From the NCBI GenBank assembly GCA_039025315.1, contig JBCCOP010000001.1:10201-74200 (forward strand): DNA of 64,000 nt, in the 5' to 3' direction. Shown here piece after piece: positions 28,487 through 38,844 of the stretch. Every line of letters begins with the position of its first letter. Positions within the stretch are counted from its first letter, which is position 1. Origin of the DNA: Planctomycetota bacterium (GTDB lineage Bacteria > Planctomycetota > Phycisphaerae > Phycisphaerales > Phycisphaeraceae). The position numbers and the translations under genes were made by a program. Under the pieces are notes generated by a model. That model saw only the letters and a program-made list of their open reading frames with translations, was not told the DNA's origin and ran no database searches.

Positions 28487-29500
28487 TCACACAAGCGAGG
28501 ACGCGACCGGCGGCTCGGTGACGGTCGGGGCGTCGACCCCGTCCATCCGCACGACCCGGCCGGTCTCGGCCGAGCGGAGGACCGCCTCGGCGATCCGCAT
28601 GACCTCCATGCCCCAGTCGGCGTCGCAGGGCACCGGCGGGCCGCCGGCGATGGCGTCCAGCCAGCGACCACGCAGGTCCATCGGCTCGTCGAGCTCAATG
28701 GGTTCGGCGGCCCCGCCCAGCGGGGTGTAGACCAGGCCCTGGCCCCATTCGTTCGTTGCTGCGCCGCCTACCGATCCGCAGACGCCCTTGTAAAAGTTGG
28801 TGTTGGCGCAGCGCCAGCCGCCCTCGTGCGTGCCGACGGTTGCGTTCTTGAAGTTGAGCGTCGCCCAGACGTGGTCGTTGGCCCGCGGGTGCTCGGCCGA
28901 GCCCCCGGCGGTACGGGCGTAGACGGACTCGACCGGGCCGCCGATCAGCCGCATCCAGTCGAGTTCGTGGATGTTGACCTCCATGAGCAGCCCGCCGGAG
29001 CGGCCGGGGTCGGCCCGCCAGCCGCGGAACACCTCGTCGGGCAGGTAGACCAGCCGCCGCGACCAGATCGAGGCGAGTTGGCCGATCTGTCCCTCGGTGG
29101 CCAGGCGGAGCAGGGTCTGCACCTCGCGGCTGAGCCGGACCGAGAAGCCGACGGCCGAGGCGACGCCGGCTTGCCGAACGGCGTCGGTCACCGCGGCGGT
29201 CTGATCCAGGGTCAGGCCGATCGGCTTCTCGATATAGACGTGCTTGCCCGCCTGCGCACAGGCGACGGCGTGTTCGGCGTGGAGGAAGTTGGGCGACGAG
29301 ATCACCACCGCCTCGACGTCGTCGAGCAGCTGGGTGTGATCCGATACCCCGCGGGCACCGACCTGGTCGGCCAGCCGGTCGCGGGCGTCGTCGTCCGGGT
29401 CGGCGATCGCCACCAGTTCGACGTCGGGCCGGTCTTTGTAGTACAGGGCGTGGTTGCGGGCGTTCTTGCCCGCGCCGATGAGGCCGAGACGGTGTTTCAT
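28487..29500 (-). CDS. Gfo/Idh/MocA family oxidoreductase
   Basis: GLIGAG, ISSPNFLH, GKHVYIEKP, SGGLLMEVNIHELD; ATG 29500 after GGAGA. Confidence 0.92.
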   Translation of the reverse strand: MKHRLGLIGAGKNARNHALYYKDRPDVELVAIADPDDDARDRLADQVGARGVSDHTQLLDDVEAVVISSPNFLHAEHAVACAQAGKHVYIEKPIGLTLDQTAAVTDAVRQAGVASAVGFSVRLSREVQTLLRLATEGQIGQLASIWSRRLVYLPDEVFRGWRADPGRSGGLLMEVNIHELDWMRLIGGPVESVYARTAGGSAEHPRANDHVWATLNFKNATVGTHEGGWRCANTNFYKGVCGSVGGAATNEWGQGLVYTPLGGAAEPIELDEPMDLRGRWLDAIAGGPPVPCDADWGMEVMRIAEAVLRSAETGRVVRMDGVDAPTVTEPPVASSLV

Positions 29501-29647
29501 GGCTTCTCCGGGGTTATTGAGCAAATATTATCCCAAGAATGGTCTCCACACAATCCGATCCCTCCGGATTCTGGGCGCACCAAGAGAATATATCGCGGGT
29601 CTCGGCCTCATTCGCTTGCGTTTGCTGATGATGTCGTTTATTCTAAT

Positions 29648-29665
29648 GGAGCAAATATTTGCTCA
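29648..29665. promoter_or_regulatory. Operator copy GGAGCAAATATTTGCTCA (degenerate extra copy at 29518-29535)
   Basis: Perfect 16-bp palindrome GAGCAAATATTTGCTC in the divergent region between the oxidoreductase and GH9 genes. Confidence 0.75.
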
Positions 29666-29718
29666 TGCATCTGCCCCAACCTCTTTGCCCCGCCATCATT
29701 TCTCTGCCGGAGGTCTCC

Positions 29719-32700
29719 GTGCTTCGTCGATGTACTCTGAACCTTTGTGTTTTGGTCAGTGCCTGGATCGTGGCGTTGTCGTCCTCCGCCGCGGCGGATC
29801 GGTTGGTGGTCCGAGACTTCGCGGAGGCCGGTGCGGACTACGCCTTTATGCAGTGGCAAGAAGGTCTTGCCTTGACGCCCGACGGGCTAGAGGTCGGCGG
29901 GGCGGAGACGTACGGGCAGGGGGGAGCGGGGCTTAACACCGCCATTGATGCGTCGGACCTCGCGGCCGGCTTGCCGGTGCTGCGGGTTCGGCTGGGTGAG
30001 CACAACACGGCGGATGCGGTTTTCCTCGAGCTGCGCGACGCGGACGGCACGGTGGTGAAGTTCCGCTACGACCTAGGCCGGGCCAGCGCCGCGGCGTTCA
30101 CGGACCTGTACCCACGGGGCGACGTGACGCTCGGCAACCCCCCGAGCCCCGGCAAGCCCGGCGGTGAACCCGGGCTGGACTTGGCCAACCTCACGCGCTT
30201 CGTCCTGCTGGGTAACTGGGCCGAGACGCCGGTGCACTTCACGCTCGCCGAGCTGGCGATCACCGACGACCCGCCGGGCGAAGCGCCGGCGGCGGTCGCC
30301 GATGACGACGGCCGGGTGGTGGTGCGAGACTTCCGCCGCCGCGGCACGGATTTTTCGTTTCTTTCCTGGGAGCAGGCCGCCGCCCAGGGTCCGGCGGGTC
30401 TGACCCTCGGCGGACCGGGCGTCGACGGCAAGGGTGGGGTCGGGCTCAACCAGTTCGTCTCGGCCGGGGCGATGGCCTCGGGCCAGCCCGTCCTCCGCGT
30501 ACGCCTCGGGGAAGCCAACCGGGCCAACCGTATCTTTCTTGAGGTCCGCGACGGCGACGGCACGACGGTCAAATTCGGTTTCGACCTCGCCCGGGCCGAC
30601 CGCGACGGGTTCCGCGACCTGTACCCGATCGACGGCTCGACGCTGGGCGACCCCGCCAGCATCAACAAACCCGGCGACGACCCGGGCCTCGACACGTCGA
30701 ACCTCACGACGTGGTCGATCCTGGGTCACTGGCAGGACACGCCGTTCCACGTCGAAGTCGAGAGCCTGACGATCGGGTCTCCGCCGGAGCCGGTGCGGGC
30801 CCGGCAGCTTGAGCAACGCCTGGCGAAGATGGCCCCGGCCGAACGGACCGCCTGGCTGAGTCGGCGGGTGGTGCTGGAAGGGGCCAGCCACCCCGCGGAC
30901 GGTCCGGAGGTCGTCGCGGTCTACGCCCTCGGGCCGACGCAGCTCGGCGTGCAGATCCAGGACCGCCGCGTCGAACCCGCCGGGCAGGAGCCGTACGTGT
31001 CCCAGCCCGGCGACCGCATCCGCTACGCCGACAAAAACAAGCGTTGGTACTGGGAGGAAAACGGCGGGATGCGCTTCGCCGGCAAGGACGTCCAGGTCGT
31101 CCGTCCCGAGCCGGGCGGCGGCGACGCGGTACTCGGGCAGTACGTCGCCCGGGGCCCGGCGGTCTGGCCCGGGCCACACCGCTCGGGGCAGGCGATCCTC
31201 GCCGACGCCCTCGCGCTGCCCGCCGCCTATCGGCTGACCAGCCCCGACGACCCGGCCTACGCCGCCGCGCTCGAACCGCTGGGCGTGCACGTCAAGCGCA
31301 AGCCCAACGGCTACCGCGGCCACGCCACGCTCGTGACCGTCTATCTCGACCTGCCCGCGCCGCTGCGTGACGGGGCAACCTATCGTGTCGGCTTCCACGG
31401 CCTCAACACCGCCCAGGCCGGCGTCGATTACACCCACGACACCACCCGCGTCCGCAGCGAGCCCGTCCACGCTTCGCACGTCGGCTACCGGCCCGACGAC
31501 CCCTACAAAGCCGGCAAGCTCTCGGTGTGGCGGGGCACCGGTGGGGCGTGGGACTTCGAGGGGGTGCCACGTCCGATCCGTTTCGAGCTGATCGACGAGC
31601 AGAACGGAGACGTTGTTTATCGGGGGCAAGCCACGCTCGCCAAGGCGGCCGACGAGTCCGAGTCGCTGAACGGCGGCCGAAACTTCGCCCAGACGCCGGT
31701 CTACGCCCTGGACTTCTCGGATTTCAACGAGCCGGGCACCTACCGGCTGCACGTCCCGGGCGTCGGCACCAGCGACCCGCTCACGATCGCCAATGACACC
31801 TGGGCCGACGCGTTCGCCCTGTCGATGAAGGGCATCTGGCAGCACCGCAGCGGCTACGAGATCGGGCCGCCCCAGTCCGCGTTCTCGCGGCCGCCGGCGA
31901 TGATGCCCGGCTTGAACGTCGAGGTGTACCCCGTCGATGTGACCAAGCTCGACGGCGAGTCGGACGCCATCAACGCCGCCGCCGAACGCTTCGCCCGACT
32001 CGAACCCGCCGACCGGCCCGAGCCCGTGGCCCACGCGTGGGGCGGGTACATGGACGCCGGCGACTGGGACCGGCGCAGCAACCACCTGACTCACGGCATC
32101 CTCTTGCTCGAACTCATCGAGCTGTTCCCCGAAGCCCTGGCCGACCTGCCCCTGGCCCTCCGCGAGGACGAAGCGACCAACCGGCTGCCCGACACCCTCG
32201 ACGAGGCGTTGTGGAACGTCGATTTCTTCATGCGGATCCAGGAGCCCGACGGCGGCGTCCGCGGCGGTATCGAGTCCTCGGCCCACCCCCGCCACGGCGA
32301 GACGAGCTGGCAGGAGTCGCTCTTCGTGGGCCTGTTCGCGCCCGACCCGGTGACCAGCTGGCTGTTCGCCGCCAACGCCGCCCGCGCGGCGCGGCTGCTC
32401 GACGGCCTCGACTCCGAGCGCGCCGCGGCCTACCGCGACGCCGCGGTCCGCGCCTACGACTGGGCCCACGCTCACCGCGACGCGGTGATCGACGCGATGC
32501 GCAACGCCGGCAAACGCGGCGGCGCCCGCCGCGCCGCCGACGAGGCCCTCAACCTCGCCGCCGTCGAGCTGTACCGCCTCACCGCCGAGCCCGGGTACCA
32601 CGAAGACTTCAAGGCCACCACCGAACTCAACACCAAAGACGGCCCCGGCGGCAAGCTGCTGCGGCAGGAGACCGCGATCTTCGCCTACGCCCGGATGCCC

Positions 32701-33285
32701 GGCGGCCTGGCCGACCCCGAGCTCCAAGCCAAAGCCCGCCGGTTCATCCTCGAGTCCGCCCGGACCGCCATCGACTTCACTCACGGCAACGCCTTCAACC
32801 TCGCTTCCGCCGACGCCGGCATCCCCGTCATGGGCTGGGTCGGCTACTTCACGATCCCCGGCAACCTGTCGCAGGTCCTGCCCCGCGCCTACGTCCTGAC
32901 CGGCGACGACCGCTACCTCGACGCCGTGCTGCGTTCCACGCAGTTCGGCGTCGGTGTCAACCCCGACAACCGCGCCTTCACCACCGGGCTCGGCCCCAAC
33001 CCCCCGGTCTGGCCCCTGCACCTCGACAGCCGGCACTCCGGCCAGCCCGCGCCGGTCGGCATCACGATCTGCGGACCCAGCGACCCCGCCGCCGACCACG
33101 CCTTCGAACGCTGGGCCCACCAGTGGGTCTTCGCCGACATGATGACCCCCGACTCCGAGACCTGGCCCGCCTACGAGGCGTACACCGACATCGCCGTCCT
33201 GCCGTCGTACAACGAGTACACCATCAACCTGCTGTTCAAGAACGCGTACACGTGGGGCGTCCTCGCCGCCCGCCCCGACCGTTAG
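29719..33285 (+). CDS. Secreted multidomain glycoside hydrolase family 9 with two tandem N-terminal CBM-like domains
   Basis: GTG 29719 after GGAGG, signal peptide; [12 protein letters not shown] Ig domain, [33 protein letters not shown]. Confidence 0.9.
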   Translation: MLRRCTLNLCVLVSAWIVALSSSAAADRLVVRDFAEAGADYAFMQWQEGLALTPDGLEVGGAETYGQGGAGLNTAIDASDLAAGLPVLRVRLGEHNTADAVFLELRDADGTVVKFRYDLGRASAAAFTDLYPRGDVTLGNPPSPGKPGGEPGLDLANLTRFVLLGNWAETPVHFTLAELAITDDPPGEAPAAVADDDGRVVVRDFRRRGTDFSFLSWEQAAAQGPAGLTLGGPGVDGKGGVGLNQFVSAGAMASGQPVLRVRLGEANRANRIFLEVRDGDGTTVKFGFDLARADRDGFRDLYPIDGSTLGDPASINKPGDDPGLDTSNLTTWSILGHWQDTPFHVEVESLTIGSPPEPVRARQLEQRLAKMAPAERTAWLSRRVVLEGASHPADGPEVVAVYALGPTQLGVQIQDRRVEPAGQEPYVSQPGDRIRYADKNKRWYWEENGGMRFAGKDVQVVRPEPGGGDAVLGQYVARGPAVWPGPHRSGQAILADALALPAAYRLTSPDDPAYAAALEPLGVHVKRKPNGYRGHATLVTVYLDLPAPLRDGATYRVGFHGLNTAQAGVDYTHDTTRVRSEPVHASHVGYRPDDPYKAGKLSVWRGTGGAWDFEGVPRPIRFELIDEQNGDVVYRGQATLAKAADESESLNGGRNFAQTPVYALDFSDFNEPGTYRLHVPGVGTSDPLTIANDTWADAFALSMKGIWQHRSGYEIGPPQSAFSRPPAMMPGLNVEVYPVDVTKLDGESDAINAAAERFARLEPADRPEPVAHAWGGYMDAGDWDRRSNHLTHGILLLELIELFPEALADLPLALREDEATNRLPDTLDEALWNVDFFMRIQEPDGGVRGGIESSAHPRHGETSWQESLFVGLFAPDPVTSWLFAANAARAARLLDGLDSERAAAYRDAAVRAYDWAHAHRDAVIDAMRNAGKRGGARRAADEALNLAAVELYRLTAEPGYHEDFKATTELNTKDGPGGKLLRQETAIFAYARMPGGLADPELQAKARRFILESARTAIDFTHGNAFNLASADAGIPVMGWVGYFTIPGNLSQVLPRAYVLTGDDRYLDAVLRSTQFGVGVNPDNRAFTTGLGPNPPVWPLHLDSRHSGQPAPVGITICGPSDPAADHAFERWAHQWVFADMMTPDSETWPAYEAYTDIAVLPSYNEYTINLLFKNAYTWGVLAARPDR

Positions 33286-33373
33286 GCCCCGGTCGACGCC
33301 ACGATCCATGGCCCACCGGGCCGAAGCCCTGCGAACGATTCAACCCTCTGCGTCTCTGGTGAAAGGTCCCGTC

Positions 33374-34195
33374 ATGCCGTCCGCTTCCCGACGATCTCAA
33401 CCCGCTTTTACCCTCATCGAACTGCTCGTGGTGATCTCGATCATCGCGCTGCTGGTCGCCATCCTCCTGCCCGCGCTCCGCGGAGCCCGCGAGGCCGCGC
33501 GTAACCTGCAGTGTCTCAGCAATGTGCGGCAGCTTGGGCTGGGGCTGTCGATCTACAGCGTGGACAACGACGAGAAGCTGCCCCGCAGCCTCGACGGTCC
33601 GGCCGGCACCGACTGGACCCACCGTGTCCTCGAGTCCTTTGCCCAGACCCGTACCATCAGCAACGCTAATGCCAACGACCTCGGGTCCACCGTCCAGGAG
33701 ATGTTCCGCTGCCCGTCGGTCGGTGATGAGTTCGAGTCGGTCCAGAACGAGAAGCACTACTCGGCGCACCCGCGTGCGATGCCCGCGACCGGCACGCCCT
33801 ACCAGAATGAGTTCGTGTCGATTTCTTCGATCCGCGACACCTCGAAACTGCCGCTGGTCTTCGATGGCTCGATCCTTCCGAGCGCGGGCTACGCCAACCC
33901 CGTGGCGAACTTTCTCGACTGGACGGCCGTCTGGGGCGGGCCCGGCGGGACCACCTCGCCGGTCGCGCACCGCTACGATAAGTCGCTGTTGACCACCGCG
34001 GCTCAGTCCACGCAATCGATCAACGCCGGCCCCAATGACGACACCAACTGGATGTATATGCGTTTCCGCCACTTCAACAGCGAGCCCGGCGGGCCCGGGA
34101 CGGCCAACATCGTCTACGTCGATGGTCACGCCGGCGGCGTGGAGTACCGGGCGGCCGACGACGCGGACCTGACCGTTGGCGAGGTCTGTTTCTGA
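33374..34195 (+). CDS. Prepilin-type N-terminal cleavage/methylation protein (DUF1559 / H-X9-DG type)
   Basis: [40 protein letters not shown]; C-terminal FRH...ANIVYVDGH. Confidence 0.92.
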   Translation: MPSASRRSQPAFTLIELLVVISIIALLVAILLPALRGAREAARNLQCLSNVRQLGLGLSIYSVDNDEKLPRSLDGPAGTDWTHRVLESFAQTRTISNANANDLGSTVQEMFRCPSVGDEFESVQNEKHYSAHPRAMPATGTPYQNEFVSISSIRDTSKLPLVFDGSILPSAGYANPVANFLDWTAVWGGPGGTTSPVAHRYDKSLLTTAAQSTQSINAGPNDDTNWMYMRFRHFNSEPGGPGTANIVYVDGHAGGVEYRAADDADLTVGEVCF

Positions 34196-34243
34196 TGCGG
34201 TCGGCGGGCGAAACCCGGCCGCTTGATTGACGAGGCTTAAGAT

Positions 34244-35383
34244 ATGCCCACCCTCCAGGACGTGGCCAACGAAGCGGGCGTGAGCGTCGCCACCGCGTCG
34301 CGGGTGCTCAACGGGGCCAAGCACAACCGGCGGATCAGCGGCGAGGCCCGCGAGTTGGTCCGCGCGACCGCCGAGCGGCTGGGCTACCGTGCCGCTTACC
34401 ACCGCCGGTCGATCAACCGCGGCCGCAGCGACACGCTCGGGGTCGCGCTGGACGTCCACGCCCCGGTCGAGCCGCCGGGGCCGCCGTCGGTGCTCAGCGA
34501 CGTGTTCTTCACCCGGCTGCTCGCCGGCGTCGAGCAGGCCACCCACCGTGTGGGCCTCAACCTCTCGCTCATCGTCCCGAGCGAACGCCAACGCGCCGGC
34601 GAACGCGGCCTGCGTCAGATGCAAGAAGGACGCCTCGACGGGCTCGTGGTCCTGCCCAGCACCGCACAGGGCCGGCTCGACGAGACCTGCACGGCCCTCG
34701 CCCGGCAGAACCAGCACCCCGCCGTCGTCGGCGTCTATACCGACGGCCCCCGGCCCTACGCCTCGATCTCGGCCGATCCCGAGGGTGCCGTCCGGCTCTT
34801 GATCCCGCACCTGGCGGACCTCGGCCACCGCGAGCTGCTCTGGTTTGGTCCCGCCGACCGCCACGGCGACCAAGCTCCGCCGTCGATGCGCGAGCAGGCC
34901 TTCCTCGCTTCCGCTTTCGAGCTGGGCATGAGCGGCCGGCTGGTGCACTACCCTTGGCGGACCGCCGGCCAGCACGCCGACGCCGAAGCCGTGGCCGATG
35001 AACGCGAGGCCGTGCTCACCGCCTTCCTCGACCAGGAGCAGCCCCGCTTCACGGCCGTGGTCGCGTACAACGACGCCGCCGCGATCTCCGCCGTCCGCGT
35101 GCTCCAGGGCCGCGGCCTCGTCGTCCCCCGCGACATCTCGGTGGTCGGCGTCGACAACCTCGATGCCTCGGCCAACACGCTGCGGCTGACCACCGTCGAT
35201 CAGCGCCTCGAAGACATGGGTCGGCTCGCCGGCGAGTGGCTCGGCGAACTACTCGACGCCGCGCCCGACGCCCGCGGCGAAATCGCCCGTCGCCACACCC
35301 CGTTGCCGCCCACCCTGCACGTCCGCGAAAGCTCCGGGCCCGCCCCCGCTCCAACTGCTTCATCCACCCCGTCTGCGAAATGA
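34244..35383 (+). CDS. LacI family transcriptional regulator
   Basis: TLQDVANEAGVSVATASRVLN HTH; AVVAYND, VPRDISVVGVD, LTTVDQ. Confidence 0.95.
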   Translation: MPTLQDVANEAGVSVATASRVLNGAKHNRRISGEARELVRATAERLGYRAAYHRRSINRGRSDTLGVALDVHAPVEPPGPPSVLSDVFFTRLLAGVEQATHRVGLNLSLIVPSERQRAGERGLRQMQEGRLDGLVVLPSTAQGRLDETCTALARQNQHPAVVGVYTDGPRPYASISADPEGAVRLLIPHLADLGHRELLWFGPADRHGDQAPPSMREQAFLASAFELGMSGRLVHYPWRTAGQHADAEAVADEREAVLTAFLDQEQPRFTAVVAYNDAAAISAVRVLQGRGLVVPRDISVVGVDNLDASANTLRLTTVDQRLEDMGRLAGEWLGELLDAAPDARGEIARRHTPLPPTLHVRESSGPAPAPTASSTPSAK

Positions 35384-36177
35384 CCACTCCGCCTTCCACG
35401 CCCGGGAGCACATCAGCCCCGACTTTGCCGCTCTGGGGAGGTTCTTTCGGCCCGACCCTGACCCTCCACCCTACGACGGCCAGCACGCCGCGCGGCGCGG
35501 TCATGGTGATCCCCGGCAGCGGTTACCACCAATTCGGCGAGCACGAGGGCACCCCCGTTGCCGAGCGCCTCGCCGCCGCCGGCTTCGACGCGGCGGTGCT
35601 CCGCCACCGGGTCAACCCCGACCGCCACCCCGCCATGATCCACGACGCGCAGCGCGGCATCCGCCTCATGCGTCGCCATCCCGCGATCCGCGCAGAACGC
35701 TGCGCGGCCCTGGGGTTCTCCGCCGGCGGCCACCTCGCCTCGACCCTGGCCGTCCACCCCGAACGTTTCGCTTGTCCGGACGACGACCTGGCCGACGTCG
35801 TGCCCGCCCGGCCCGATGCCGTGGTGCTGGCCTACCCCGTGATCGATCTGGCCGGTGACGCGGCGCACGCCGGCTCACGCCTCGGGCTGCTGGGCACCGA
35901 CCCCGACCCCGACGACCTGGCCTTGCTCAGCACCTACCGGCACGTGACCCCCGACGCCCCGCCCGCGTTTCTCTGGCACGGCCTGCTCGACCGCGGCGTG
36001 CCTCCCGAGAACGCCCTGCTCTACGCCACCGCCTGCCGCCGGGCCGGCGTCCCTTTCGACCTGCACCTCTACGAGCAAGCCGACCACGGCGTGGGCCTCG
36101 CCGAGCACCAGCCCGAGGTCGCGCGGTGGTTCGACGACTGCCTGCTGTTTCTCGGCCGCCACCTCGGCCGGGTCTGA
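35380..36177 (+). CDS. Alpha/beta hydrolase (carbohydrate esterase-like)
   Basis: IPGSGY, GFSAGGHLA nucleophile elbow, PPAFLWHG..D, HG; ATGA overlap with the LacI gene. Confidence 0.88.
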   Translation: MTTPPSTPGSTSAPTLPLWGGSFGPTLTLHPTTASTPRGAVMVIPGSGYHQFGEHEGTPVAERLAAAGFDAAVLRHRVNPDRHPAMIHDAQRGIRLMRRHPAIRAERCAALGFSAGGHLASTLAVHPERFACPDDDLADVVPARPDAVVLAYPVIDLAGDAAHAGSRLGLLGTDPDPDDLALLSTYRHVTPDAPPAFLWHGLLDRGVPPENALLYATACRRAGVPFDLHLYEQADHGVGLAEHQPEVARWFDDCLLFLGRHLGRV

Positions 36178-36261
36178 GTGCCGCCCCGCTTGATCGAGAT
36201 GCTTCGGCACGTCAGCAAACCATCTCCCGATTCCACGAAAGAATGGCCGGTGAACCGGGCG

Positions 36262-36441
36262 ATAGAAGTAGCCGCCCCGGTCGCTGATCTCCTGGGCCGA
36301 AAGACCGGCGTCGACCCAATCCTTGATCTCGCCCTCGTTCTTCTCGACCTGCCCGGCCCGCTCCAGCACCGCGACCGCGATCTTGCGAGGGATCACCAGC
36401 GTGCCGTCGGTGTCGGCCAGCAGGATGTCGCCGGGCTTGAC
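36262..36441 (-). pseudogene. C-terminal fragment of an RraA/HMG-aldolase family protein
   Basis: VKPGDILLADTDGTLVIPRKIAVAVLERA..VEKNE.EIKDWVDAGLSAQEISDRGGYF; no N-terminus, and the expected stop reads TAT. Confidence 0.7.
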
Positions 36442-36627
36442 TGGTCTTCACCCTAGCCTGCGAGTCACTTCCGTGCGCGGCCGACCCTCGTCTGTCGCCT
36501 TCACCACACGTCGTTGCGAGCCCATCGACGCCGCTGAATTTGAAGGCCTCATCGTTGCCATCGGCGAACGACAGCGCAAGAGACTGTGGTTAAACGTTTA
36601 TACGTTCCAGCAGGAAGTATCTGGTGC

Positions 36628-38679
36628 CTACGCTTCGGGAAGCGTTGAGGAGGACGCGGCTCCTTCAACGGGGTTGTCGAAGAGCAAACGGATGAACAAT
36701 CCGCCCACGACGCTCCGGTTCTGGAACCCGCGTTGCAAGGCGGTATCGGCATAGTACCAATCGGTCATCGGTACGCGGTGGGGCGTCTCGTGTAAGGATC
36801 GCCACAAGGCTTGTATCCAGTGGGCGAAGTCTTCCGACTGCGGGAGCAGAGACGCGCACCACACGTACCAGTCGGACTTGGTGAACTCGTCCCGGCTATC
36901 GAGGGGCACGCCGCCACGGAGCATGTGACTCTGGTAACAAGTGATTTCTTTTTCATAGACGTCGTCGCCGAAGAGCCCCAGGTTCAGGAGTCGGTCCCAA
37001 ACGAGGTTGTACTTCAGGCTCCAGGTGCCCGGCTGGTCGTAGGCCAGGCGGTAATGCGTTCCGTCGTCGGCATGATCGAGGACGTAGCGGGCCATGCTCC
37101 GGGCCGCCGCGGCGCAGGTTTGTTGGCGTGAATCCGAGCCGAGGCGTTCGCAGACGCGGGCCCAGGCTGCGACGCCGACGCAGGCCTTGATCGCCAGGTT
37201 GGTGTTGCGGGCGAGCCGGCCGGAAAAATCGTCGGTGCAGAGCTGCTCGCCGGGGTCCCGTCCGTGCGCGATCAGATAGTCGGCCCAGCCGTCGAAGAGG
37301 GGCCGGTGCTCCTTGATCAGGCTGAGGTCGCCCGAGGCCTGCGCCGCGGCGGCGGCCATCAGCAGGGCGTTGGCGCACTCTTCGATGGGCATCTGTTTCT
37401 CGAACTGGTGTTGGTTGGTATCGGGGTCGCGTCCGTAGACCTGGCCGTCGCCCCGGGGGTAGCGGCCTACGTCGTGCGGCGCAAAGTCGTAGGGCCAATC
37501 CGCGGTCTTCGCGTATTCGAGCACGGGCCGGAGCATCCCGTTGACGAGCTGTGGATTGAAGAGCAGAAACAACGGCATCGACGGGTAGGCGACGTCGACC
37601 GTACCCATACACCCGTTGCTGAAGCATTCCTTGGAGAAGAAGAGGGGTTGGCCCGCCGGGTTTTGGACGAGCTTGTGCGCGGCGATCGCCTGGCGGTAGG
37701 CGAGCGCTGCGACGTCCCGGTAAGCGGAGCCGCCGGCCCGGTCCAGCTTTGCGTTAAGCTCGCGATCGAAGCGGTCGCAGCGGCGGTAGGTCTCGGACAT
37801 ATCCGCCAACGCCTGGGCAAACATCGTGTCGAAGTCGGAGCCCCGCCGCCACCACGCGGGCATGGATTCACCAAGGAACGTGACGGATTCGAGGTCGTCG
37901 TACGCCAGGGCAAAGCCGCACTCCTGCGGGGCGTGATCGACTTGGCCCAGGTCGACGGTGGCCCGGGCGAAGCGGGCACGGTCGGCCGGAGCAGCCGGGC
38001 CGAATTCGGCGGCGGCGTCGTGGGCGGGTGGCTCACGCTTCAGCAGGTGATCGTCCGGCCAGTCGTAGCGGATCGGACGTCCGTCCGCGGCGGCCGCCAA
38101 GTGCAGGTAGCCCCAATCGATACGCAGGTTGTCGCCCGCTTTTTCGAGCACCGGCTGGTCCACGCTGCCCAGGCGGAGACCCGGCGGTCCGCCGGACGTG
38201 TCACCCCGACTTCCTGCCACCAGTTGGTCTGGCGTATTGACGCAGAGGCGGGGCGACACGGCCAACTCGACCCGCACCCGGCGGGAGGTCTGGTCCGCGT
38301 TGCGGACCCGGACCGTGACGAAGCTGACCGGGCGGGACATCAAGTCGAGATCATCGAGCAGCAGGGGTGTCCAAAAGATCACGTCCAGGGCCAGGCCCCG
38401 GCCCTCAAAACGGTAGTGCGTGGACAGCGCATCGACACGCAGCGCGGTCTGCGGGATCGCGTTATTGCCGGGTTTGGTCGAGCCGAGGAACCGGTAGGTC
38501 TTGTCGTCCACTTGGACCCGACCGCGGAGCGGCTGGGGCGTGCCCGTCCAGTGCTCGGTTTCGGCGGCGTATAAAAGTTCGTGCGGGGACCAGACGCTGA
38601 AGTACGGATCAACGGCGACGAGCGGGATGCACGGCGGCCGAAAGTTGCTGGGGGCTTCGGAGTTGGTGGGTAGCGTCAT
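36628..38679 (-). CDS. DUF4965/DUF5127/DUF1793 'glutaminase GtaA-like' six-hairpin glycosidase-fold protein
   Basis: PLVAVDPYFSVWS, RIDWGYL, FSKECFSNGCMGTVDV, APHDVG.YP, MPIEECAN, QLCTDDFSG, WSLKYNLVWD, TKSDW, RSVVGG. Confidence 0.88.
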   Translation of the reverse strand: MTLPTNSEAPSNFRPPCIPLVAVDPYFSVWSPHELLYAAETEHWTGTPQPLRGRVQVDDKTYRFLGSTKPGNNAIPQTALRVDALSTHYRFEGRGLALDVIFWTPLLLDDLDLMSRPVSFVTVRVRNADQTSRRVRVELAVSPRLCVNTPDQLVAGSRGDTSGGPPGLRLGSVDQPVLEKAGDNLRIDWGYLHLAAAADGRPIRYDWPDDHLLKREPPAHDAAAEFGPAAPADRARFARATVDLGQVDHAPQECGFALAYDDLESVTFLGESMPAWWRRGSDFDTMFAQALADMSETYRRCDRFDRELNAKLDRAGGSAYRDVAALAYRQAIAAHKLVQNPAGQPLFFSKECFSNGCMGTVDVAYPSMPLFLLFNPQLVNGMLRPVLEYAKTADWPYDFAPHDVGRYPRGDGQVYGRDPDTNQHQFEKQMPIEECANALLMAAAAAQASGDLSLIKEHRPLFDGWADYLIAHGRDPGEQLCTDDFSGRLARNTNLAIKACVGVAAWARVCERLGSDSRQQTCAAAARSMARYVLDHADDGTHYRLAYDQPGTWSLKYNLVWDRLLNLGLFGDDVYEKEITCYQSHMLRGGVPLDSRDEFTKSDWYVWCASLLPQSEDFAHWIQALWRSLHETPHRVPMTDWYYADTALQRGFQNRSVVGGLFIRLLFDNPVEGAASSSTLPEA

Positions 38680-38844
38680 TGGTTTGAGAACGAGGGCAAG
38701 TATCGTGGGGTGGCTCGAACGACCAACCCCGAGACCGGTTGGGTAAGGAGGTAGGTGGCGTGGCCTGCCACTCGGGACGGATAGCCGGATGGCGAAACCG
38801 AAACCGGTAAACAACTCGAGACAGTAAGCTAACGCCAGCCCCGC

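Noticed and set aside
30073-33309. 1078-aa minus-strand ORF, and similar long antisense ORFs (24063..25604, 44861..46783, 52150..53955, 57570..59711, 60891..63659)
   Set aside because: Shadow ORFs antisense to well-supported genes in high-GC DNA, with no motifs.
38690-38840. Possible structured RNA between the ARH and DUF4965 genes
   Set aside because: Only short GC hairpins; no recognisable riboswitch or ncRNA motif. An Rfam search would be needed.
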